DNA of 64,000 nucleotides from Chitinophagales bacterium (GTDB lineage: Bacteria; Bacteroidota; Bacteroidia; Chitinophagales; LD1), in NCBI GenBank assembly GCA_016786765.1, contig JAEUUZ010000035.1, forward strand, positions 7,694 through 71,693. Reading direction: 5' to 3'. Position numbers and translations under genes: made by a program. Positions 36,944 through 44,275 of the stretch are shown here, one piece after another (the first letter of the stretch is position 1; the number at the start of each line of letters is the position of its first letter). A model generated the notes under the pieces. It was not told the DNA's origin. It did not search any database and saw nothing but the letters and a program-made list of their open reading frames with translations.

Positions 36944-37831
36944 TTAACAGCCACCCATGGCTATAATTTTTAAACCAATAATAATAGCCCATATGATCCA
37001 CTTAAAATTGCTGTAATCAAAGCCGGATGAATTTTCTGTGCTACTGTTGTTGCCTGTGTAAATGTTATGATTGTTTGTAATGGTTTCCTTTAAATGGGAA
37101 GAAATTTCTTCAATCTGATTTAACTGGGAACTTACCGCCTTACAATCGTGAAAATTAGTGCGCTGAATTGAAACAGTAAGATTGATAAGCGGGATGATTA
37201 AATCTTCTTTCGTTTCGTAAAAATCGTCAGGAAGGTTATTGATAAAAATACTCCAGTCGGAGCTAATCCAGTGGATAATTTTCGGACGCATAGTCATGAA
37301 ATTATCTTTACTGGTGTTTTTCAGATAGCGAATATTTTCATCCAAAAAAATTCGAATGGAACGAAAGGCTTCTTCTCTGTCAGCCCCGATGATAAAGTCT
37401 TCGAAAGAAAGTAAATAGCCTAGATTGTCGAATTGTAGTGCATTAATGTAATTCCGAGCAACTACGTTGAAAGACACTGCAAAGAATGGCGAAATAAATC
37501 CATCGAACACAGGGTTATTAAAAAAAGCATGAATCTCTTTGTTGAAATTGGGGTAGGAAAATTGATTGTCTTCCAAAAAGGCTAATAGATGTTTGCTTTC
37601 CCAAATTCCTTTATGAAATACTAGTCGTTCAGTGAAATTTGGACTATCCAATTCTTCAAAAACATCAGTTTTATTGTAACTGTAATTGTCGATTTCAATA
37701 ATAGCGCTTGGCGAAAAGTTGAACTCCGCATTGAGTTGCTTTTTAACACGCTGCACATTAATCTCTCCATCTACATCAATCTCGGAATGTTGAAGTAAAC
37801 GTACAATGGATATGTATTGCTTGTTAGCCAA
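36944..37831 (-). CDS. Hypothetical tail-anchored protein, third gene of the Hsp70-like operon
   Basis: 295 aa. The only upstream start codon is TTG at 37829-37831, overlapping the Hsp70 stop by 8 nt. Single C-terminal TM (WIIWAIIIGLKIIAMGG). No HPD tripeptide. Confidence 0.5.
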   Translation of the reverse strand: MANKQYISIVRLLQHSEIDVDGEINVQRVKKQLNAEFNFSPSAIIEIDNYSYNKTDVFEELDSPNFTERLVFHKGIWESKHLLAFLEDNQFSYPNFNKEIHAFFNNPVFDGFISPFFAVSFNVVARNYINALQFDNLGYLLSFEDFIIGADREEAFRSIRIFLDENIRYLKNTSKDNFMTMRPKIIHWISSDWSIFINNLPDDFYETKEDLIIPLINLTVSIQRTNFHDCKAVSSQLNQIEEISSHLKETITNNHNIYTGNNSSTENSSGFDYSNFKWIIWAIIIGLKIIAMGGC

Positions 37832-40364
37832 TGCCTGTACCTTTAAAGTCGTTATTGAAATTGAATCTTACGCGCTTCAAGAGCGAGGAAAGATGATAGA
37901 CATGCCTTCTGAATTCTGGATACTTTTCACTTTCAAGAGCGGTATCTGCCAATCGCATAATCGATTTTGCTGCACTGTAATCTTTGTATTCACCGGCATC
38001 CGCATTTTTATACTCAATATAAATGCTAATTAAAAAGCTGGTTGTATTACTCATCGCTTTCCAATACAAATCATGCAATTGTTGAAGCTTGTTTTCAATC
38101 ACCGAAACGTTTTTCGATTTAATAAACGAAGGTTCCGATTGTTCTATTTTCTTGTATTGCGAAAGCATTTCATCTTTAATGAAATCGGCACTGCTAATCA
38201 ATGCGAATACCTCCTCTTTTCTTGTCATGTAGGTTTCAATTAACATGGCAATTCGTTCGTTTCCGCCTAATTTGTCGGCATCTTGTGATATCCGTAGTAC
38301 CTTTTGTGCAATCACGTATTTGTCGTCAGACTTATCATTATCCTTCAACTTAAAAAGCGCTTTCTTAACTTCATGTAATTCGCTGAGTAGGGCAGAGGCT
38401 CTGATTTCCCAAATATCATCTTCGTTATATTGAAACTGGCGAACGGTTTCCGTTAAATCAATTTCCAATTGGATAAACTGCTCTTTCAAACGACCTATAT
38501 TCACTTGTTTTTCCGCAATCGAAAATACATTTTTGAATTCTTGTTGTGTCATTACCAAAAACACGGAAGTGTTCAGAACTCTCGAGTCGGTGAGGTGAAG
38601 TTGGATTTCAATATCTGAACCTTTAATCAAGTCGGCCTGCAAATCTTTACCCGAAATTTCGATGCAGCCTATAGTTAGATTAGAAGAAGCCCTTGAATTT
38701 TTATCGCCCTCTAAAATGTTGATGATAATAGATTCCGGAGAGCCTTTGGTAATGGTTTTAGATATTTCGCGATACAAGGTTCGTTTTTGCGGCAATAAAC
38801 TATTGCGTTCAAAAATCACTTCCAATTTAGTGGTTTTATTTTCCATGTCATCCACTTCAATACAAATGTCGTGGGGAAGTGGTTGCCCATCAATATTGTA
38901 CACTCCTTGTGCTATTGAAAGTTCTTTGGCGAAATCTTTTAACTCTGTTTTATGTTCATCATACACATGCAATGTAAAAGAATTGTTGTGTGATGATATT
39001 AACGGTAAGAACTCCGTTTTCTTTGCCTTCAAAGGAATTAAACCTGTATCGAAACCGCCATCAGCTCGTGTAATACGATAATATTTATTCTCGTATCCTC
39101 CGCTGCAAGCAATCAATAAAACCTCTTCCGCATCTCTACTTGAACGATTATAGGATACATCAACCGATAAGTCAATTGGATTCAAATCAATCGAAGAGAG
39201 AATGTCTTCTATTACTTTGTCCGTCTCTATTTCTGATGCAACTTTCACCGAAGGTTCATAAAATTTATTAGCCGCATAATAAGCAGCTCCAATGGCAATT
39301 GAATTGGTTGGGTCGATGGAGAAGTTAACCGGAATTCTTGTTTGTTCCATTAATTCATGGCGTACTTGTGGTATAAAAGTACTTCCTCCAACTAAAATAA
39401 TTTGATGAATATCTTGTGCAGTTAGTTGATTATTGTCCAATATCTTTTTGAGCAAAACAATTGTCTCATTGATGATAGGTTGGAAAATTTCATCTAACTG
39501 TTCTTTCGTAATATTGATGTAGAAATCGTGTTTAGTGTTGTCGATATCTGCACTGAATTCTATAACCGTAGAAGGCGATTGTGATAACTCTTTTTTCGCT
39601 TCTTCAGCATAATACATGATTTGATAATACAGCATCTCATACTTGCCATACTTCACGCGAAATTCATCTTCGAAGTTTTCAATTTTCGTTTGACGGATAA
39701 TCTCAGGTACAATTAGTTGATCAACAATGGCCGTATCGAAATTCATTCCACCTAAAAAGTTGTTCCCTTCGTGATCGAGCACTTTAAGCTCTCCTTCTGT
39801 TGACTTTACTAGTGCAACATCGAAGGTTCCGCCTCCTAAATCGTACACCAACCAATAGCCTTCACTCTTTTGTGTTTCGCCATCGTTAGTGTTGAAGAAC
39901 GCTAAACTGGCCGCAATAGGTTCTTGCAGTAAGAACACATCTTTGAATCCTGCTTCTTTTCCGGCTTTCAATGTAGCGTTACTTTGCATACTATCAAAGG
40001 AAGCAGGAATAGTTATAACACAGGCTTCCGGCACTTCTTCACTTTGCACAAAGTTTTTGAGCTCTTTGAGGATTAAGGTAGACAACGCTATAGGAGTAAC
40101 ATTATCATCGATGTTAACTACATAAAATTTTTCATCTGTTCCCATTTTGCGTTTGAATCCGCCAAACACATTTACAGCATCTTTGGTCAAATATTCACGC
40201 GCTTTATCACCAATAAGTATACGATCTTTTCTATACGCCACCACCGAGGCAAGTGTTTCTTTTTGTCCAAACGGATTCTTAAATACACGCACTTTATTGT
40301 TCTCGTATTTTGCAATCAAAGAGTTTGTTGTGCCAAGGTCTATGCCAAAATTTACCGCTTTCAT
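37824..40364 (-). CDS. Non-canonical Hsp70 family ATPase with long C-terminal extension
   Basis: 846 aa. GIDLGTTNS, DLGGGTFDV and LVGGSTFIP actin/Hsp70 NBD motifs in roughly the first 370 aa. SBD-beta-like ILEGD...IGCIEISG...GSDIEIQLHLTD segment, then a helical tail. Confidence 0.8.
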   Translation of the reverse strand: MKAVNFGIDLGTTNSLIAKYENNKVRVFKNPFGQKETLASVVAYRKDRILIGDKAREYLTKDAVNVFGGFKRKMGTDEKFYVVNIDDNVTPIALSTLILKELKNFVQSEEVPEACVITIPASFDSMQSNATLKAGKEAGFKDVFLLQEPIAASLAFFNTNDGETQKSEGYWLVYDLGGGTFDVALVKSTEGELKVLDHEGNNFLGGMNFDTAIVDQLIVPEIIRQTKIENFEDEFRVKYGKYEMLYYQIMYYAEEAKKELSQSPSTVIEFSADIDNTKHDFYINITKEQLDEIFQPIINETIVLLKKILDNNQLTAQDIHQIILVGGSTFIPQVRHELMEQTRIPVNFSIDPTNSIAIGAAYYAANKFYEPSVKVASEIETDKVIEDILSSIDLNPIDLSVDVSYNRSSRDAEEVLLIACSGGYENKYYRITRADGGFDTGLIPLKAKKTEFLPLISSHNNSFTLHVYDEHKTELKDFAKELSIAQGVYNIDGQPLPHDICIEVDDMENKTTKLEVIFERNSLLPQKRTLYREISKTITKGSPESIIINILEGDKNSRASSNLTIGCIEISGKDLQADLIKGSDIEIQLHLTDSRVLNTSVFLVMTQQEFKNVFSIAEKQVNIGRLKEQFIQLEIDLTETVRQFQYNEDDIWEIRASALLSELHEVKKALFKLKDNDKSDDKYVIAQKVLRISQDADKLGGNERIAMLIETYMTRKEEVFALISSADFIKDEMLSQYKKIEQSEPSFIKSKNVSVIENKLQQLHDLYWKAMSNTTSFLISIYIEYKNADAGEYKDYSAAKSIMRLADTALESEKYPEFRRHVYHLSSLLKRVRFNFNNDFKGTGIG

Positions 40365-40379
40365 TTGTCTCGTTTATTA

Positions 40380-40685
40380 TTACTCCACTATTACTATTGC
40401 TTTCTGCACCAATTGCATTTGCGCTCCTATTTTTTGATAGATAATAGGTTTCAACACTTTTGTGATTTTCATTTTGGAGTTGATATTTCCTACAATGCTT
40501 GCTTCACAATCGGTTCTCGATTCTTGGTAAGGTTCATGTATCGGATTTTTCACAACATAGCCTTCCTCTTCAAAAATCGCAAACAGTCGATTTAAATTCC
40601 TTTCGAAAGGGGTTGTTTCGCTTAGGTCGTTGAGTTTGGTTTGAATTTCAAAAACCTGATTTATTATAGGAATGGAGTTTTGCAT
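40380..40685 (-). CDS. Mini GrpE-like protein (putative nucleotide exchange factor lacking the long N-terminal coiled coil)
   Basis: 101 aa. The C-terminal GYVVKNPIHEPY...CEASIV...KITKVLKPIIYQK...LVQKAIVIV aligns by eye to the GrpE beta-domain pattern (G..FDP..HEA....V..V.qkGY......R.A.V.V). Its stop is 15 nt upstream of the Hsp70 start. Confidence 0.45.
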   Translation of the reverse strand: MQNSIPIINQVFEIQTKLNDLSETTPFERNLNRLFAIFEEEGYVVKNPIHEPYQESRTDCEASIVGNINSKMKITKVLKPIIYQKIGAQMQLVQKAIVIVE

Positions 40686-40834
40686 TTCATTGGTTTATGG
40701 AATGCTAAATATAAATGCTTTATCTTTTTTCTGTAATAAAATTGTCCGAATGGCTGTTAAAACAACCTTTTTATTGCTTTTTTGCATGAAGCCCACAATT
40801 TTTCCCGATAAGTTTTTAAAACTCGTAAAATGTT

Positions 40835-40842
40835 TAATTTTG
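40835..40842 (+). promoter_or_regulatory. Candidate Bacteroidota -7 promoter box (TAATTTTG) for clpS
   Basis: Matches the TAnnTTTG consensus. Lies 26 nt upstream of the clpS ATG. Confidence 0.25.
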
Positions 40843-40867
40843 AATAGGTCTATAAATTATAACTGCT

Positions 40868-41146
40868 ATGCAATTGCCCGAAATAGAAATAGAAGAAGTT
40901 GTTGAGTTGGATCTCGACAACGCATTAGAAAACAAACTCATTGTTCATAACGATTCGGTAAACACCTTTGATTGGGTGGCTGATGCGTTGGTTGATATTT
41001 GTAAACACACCCAAGAACAAGCTGAGCAGTGTTCTTACATCATTCATCACAAAGGGAAATATGCGGTGAAACACGGTCCACTTTCACGTCTTCGCACAAT
41101 GCGCAATGCCATTGTTGAACGCGGAATTAATGCTACAATCGAATAA
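40868..41146 (+). CDS. clpS: ATP-dependent Clp protease adaptor ClpS
   Basis: 92 aa. LIVHNDSVNTFDWVADALVDICKHTQEQAEQCSYIIHHKGKYAV matches the ClpS core pattern. Confidence 0.85.
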   Translation: MQLPEIEIEEVVELDLDNALENKLIVHNDSVNTFDWVADALVDICKHTQEQAEQCSYIIHHKGKYAVKHGPLSRLRTMRNAIVERGINATIE

Positions 41147-41147
41147 C

Positions 41148-42737
41148 ATGGCACACCAATACTTTTCCGAAGAACATGATTTGTTTCGCCAGTCGGTTAA
41201 ACAATTCATTCAACAAGATATTGTGCCTAATATCAAGCAGTGGGAGAACGACCAAAAAATCCCGCGGGAAGTATTCCGGAAAATGGGTGAATTGGGTTTT
41301 CTGGGAATCAATTTTCCAGAGGCTTATGGGGGGACGAATAACGATTTTTGGACTACAGTAGTGTACTTAGAAGAATTAGCGAAGGCAGGTTTTGCAGGAC
41401 TTTCAGCTGCTGTGTCTGTCCATCAGTTTATGGCTACTAATCATATATTACAAGCAGGGAGCGAGGAATTGAAACAACGCTATTTGCCGAAATCTATTTC
41501 CGGAGAATACGTTGGAAGTATTGCTATTACTGAGCCCGGAGCAGGTTCAGATGTGGCCAATATTCTTACTACGGCTGTTCGGGATGGCGATTTCTATGTT
41601 ATCAATGGAAGTAAGACCTTTATCACCAATGGTGTTTACGGAAATTTTGTAACTGTTGCTTGTAAAACTGACCCTTCTGCCGGAGCAGCCGGAATCAGTT
41701 TAATTGTAGTGGATGCCGGAACAGCAGGCTACACCTCCAATAAACTCGATAAAATGGGTTGGAAATCATCTGATACCGGGGAGTTGTTTTTTGATAATGT
41801 GCGTGTGCCGGTGGGGAACCGTGTTGGACAAGAGGGACAAGGGTTTTTCTACATTATGGAAAGCTTTCAGTTGGAGCGTTTGGTTACCGGAATTTTAGGT
41901 GTAGCCGGTAGCGAAAGTGCCATTGCCATTACATTGAATTATTTAGATGAGCGTTCAGCGTTCAATAAACCGCTTTCCAAATTTCAAGTATTACGTCATA
42001 AAATGGTGGATTTAATTACTGAATTGGAAGTCACCAAACAGTTTGTCTATCACTGTTGTTGGAAACATGCTAATGGTCAGTTTGCCGTGAAAGAATGCAG
42101 TATGGCTAAGTTGAAGGCATCTGAATTAAGCAAAACCATTGTCGATGAGTGTTTACAAGTTTTTGGCGGTTACGGTTATATGACGGAGTATCCAATAGAG
42201 CGCGCCTATCGAGATGCCCGTGTGGGAACTATCGTGGCCGGAACAACAGAAATCATGAAAGAAATTATTGCCAAAACAGTCATCGACAAAGTAAGTTACG
42301 AATCGGTGTACGAGAATATGCGACAAGGTGCTGAAGCAGCAGCTGAGGTTGAAAAAGCCGAGACGCCACTATCTGCTACTTTAAATACTCCACAAGACTC
42401 AACAAAACAAACAACTCCGGAAACGGCCCGAGAAATTTTGTATTCGCTCCCTAATCGTTTAAAGATAGATAAAGTGGATGCCCAAACAGCAGGCGTTTTT
42501 CATTTTAAAATGGATGGAGAAGGCGATTTTACCATTACAATAAAAGACAAAAAGGTAACGGTGGAGGAAGGTCTTGTTGGTGATCCTACTTGCGAAGTAA
42601 AAGCCAAAGCTGCAGATTATGCCGATATTGAGCTAGGTAAAACTAATCCCCAGATGGCATTTATGATGGGAAAAATCAAGATTTCCAATCTTGGCGAGAT
42701 GATGAAATTTATGGGATTGTTTGCCAAAATTAAATAG
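41148..42737 (+). CDS. Acyl-CoA dehydrogenase fused to a C-terminal SCP2 sterol-carrier domain
   Basis: Start moved to MAHQYFSEEH (1 nt after the clpS stop). ACAD motifs (ITEPGAGSD, FITNG, GGYGYMTEYPIERAYRDARV), a roughly 50-aa linker, and an SCP2 pattern (DYADIELGKTNPQMAFMMGKIKISN). Confidence 0.8.
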   Translation: MAHQYFSEEHDLFRQSVKQFIQQDIVPNIKQWENDQKIPREVFRKMGELGFLGINFPEAYGGTNNDFWTTVVYLEELAKAGFAGLSAAVSVHQFMATNHILQAGSEELKQRYLPKSISGEYVGSIAITEPGAGSDVANILTTAVRDGDFYVINGSKTFITNGVYGNFVTVACKTDPSAGAAGISLIVVDAGTAGYTSNKLDKMGWKSSDTGELFFDNVRVPVGNRVGQEGQGFFYIMESFQLERLVTGILGVAGSESAIAITLNYLDERSAFNKPLSKFQVLRHKMVDLITELEVTKQFVYHCCWKHANGQFAVKECSMAKLKASELSKTIVDECLQVFGGYGYMTEYPIERAYRDARVGTIVAGTTEIMKEIIAKTVIDKVSYESVYENMRQGAEAAAEVEKAETPLSATLNTPQDSTKQTTPETAREILYSLPNRLKIDKVDAQTAGVFHFKMDGEGDFTITIKDKKVTVEEGLVGDPTCEVKAKAADYADIELGKTNPQMAFMMGKIKISNLGEMMKFMGLFAKIK

Positions 42738-42819
42738 TATTGATTATGAAAAACAATCGTTGATTGAAATTGTTATAATTCCGAATAGGCATTAAATAAC
42801 TTCCGTAAAACGATTGTAT

Positions 42820-44271
42820 ATGAATAGATTAGCAGTACTCTTTTTATTATTAGTTTCAGTTGTAACGTCAAAGGCATCTGTTATTGATAGCTTGATTCTC
42901 AAAAGATCCTATACTAAAGTTCAGTTAGATTCAGTGTTAAATGCCAACGGTATTCCACCTTTTATTATTGGTACCATCTACGATATTGATATTTATAAAG
43001 TGAGTTACCATACCGCGTCCTACGATTCAACACCGGTGTTAGCGTCTGGCATGCTCGCCATACCTAAAAATACCTCTTGTCGTTTACCATTAGCTAGTTT
43101 TGCCCATGGAACAGAAACACTAAGAGAATCGGTACCTTCCAGAATAGTTGGTGGCGAAGCTGTTATAGGAATGGTTATGGCTTCTTTAGGCTATGCGGCC
43201 ACACTTCCCGATTATATTGGTCTTGGTGATGGTCCCAAAAATCTATTGCATCCCTATCAACATGCGTTAACGGAAGCCAGCGCAACTATTGATTTACTTC
43301 GTGCAGCACGTGAAGCGTCAACAACAGCAGGTTTTAGATTAAACGGCCAATTGTTTCTTACTGGATATTCTCAAGGGGGACATGCAACAATGGCTACACA
43401 CCGAACAATCCAAGAGCAGTTAGCAGGCGAGTTTACGGTTACTGCTTCCTGTCCAATGAGTGGTGCTTACGATATGTCGGGCGTAATGGTTGATGTTATG
43501 TTATCCGATTCCAATTATGCTGTACCCGGATATTTGCCCTATTTAGTGTTTAGTTGGAATCAGAAATACCAATTTTATCCGAATGTTAGCGATTATCTTG
43601 CAGTTCCCTACGACACTTTACTGCCACCACTGTATAATGGAAACTTTGGCATGGGGTACATTAATTCAAAAATGCCTGCTGTGCCAAAAAAGATTTTTAA
43701 ACAAAGTATGATCGATAGTTTTACTGTGAATTTGAATCACCCATTTCGAAAGGCATTAGCTGAAAACGATGTATACAATTGGACTCCAACAGCTCCGGTT
43801 AGAATTTTATTTTGCAGGGCAGACGAGGAGGTCTCTTGGGCAAATTCTGTAAAAATGATTAATCAATTTAAGGCGAACGGTGTTCAAAATGCCGATACAG
43901 TTTGTGTAAATGAAACACTTTCGCATTTTCAGTGTGCTCAATTTGCGATCTTAAATATGAAGGATTATTTTCAATCTTTTGTAGCATTAGATAGTTGTAA
44001 CGTTAATGCTATAGAGGAGGTACATCAGGGAATTGTAAACATTTATCCAAATCCTGCCAATAGCAGTATTTCAATTTTCATGGAGAATGATGTACGCTAT
44101 AATTCAATAGAAGCAATTGATGCATTAGGAAAGGTCTATGTTCTTCCAGTTCAAAAAGGAACTAAGTATGTTGTATCAGATGTGAGTTCATTAGCAAACG
44201 GTCTTTATTCATTGCGAATTGCGAATAACAAAACATATTCCGTTATAGGAAGAATAAACGTTCAGCATTAA
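42820..44271 (+). CDS. Secreted lipase-like alpha/beta-hydrolase with T9SS C-terminal sorting domain
   Basis: ATG at 42820 (MNRLAVLF). GYSQGG nucleophile elbow. Paralog of 9961-11196. C-terminal IVNIYPNPANSSISIF...GLYSLRI T9SS CTD. Confidence 0.7.
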   Translation: MNRLAVLFLLLVSVVTSKASVIDSLILKRSYTKVQLDSVLNANGIPPFIIGTIYDIDIYKVSYHTASYDSTPVLASGMLAIPKNTSCRLPLASFAHGTETLRESVPSRIVGGEAVIGMVMASLGYAATLPDYIGLGDGPKNLLHPYQHALTEASATIDLLRAAREASTTAGFRLNGQLFLTGYSQGGHATMATHRTIQEQLAGEFTVTASCPMSGAYDMSGVMVDVMLSDSNYAVPGYLPYLVFSWNQKYQFYPNVSDYLAVPYDTLLPPLYNGNFGMGYINSKMPAVPKKIFKQSMIDSFTVNLNHPFRKALAENDVYNWTPTAPVRILFCRADEEVSWANSVKMINQFKANGVQNADTVCVNETLSHFQCAQFAILNMKDYFQSFVALDSCNVNAIEEVHQGIVNIYPNPANSSISIFMENDVRYNSIEAIDALGKVYVLPVQKGTKYVVSDVSSLANGLYSLRIANNKTYSVIGRINVQH

Positions 44272-44275
44272 TCGA

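Noticed and set aside
38245-40595. Several + strand ORFs (62-139 aa) overlapping the Hsp70-like and GrpE-like genes
   Set aside because: They are antisense to a gene with unambiguous Hsp70 ATPase motifs. Their products are Ser/Leu/Phe-rich, as expected for the reverse frame of an AT-rich gene.
36944-40685. Labelling the Hsp70-like operon an anti-phage defence system
   Set aside because: No recognisable defence genes (restriction, Abi, CBASS, TA and so on) flank it. Its neighbours are clpS, dedA and aroE. A defence role remains pure speculation, so it is reported as an uncharacterised chaperone-like module instead.
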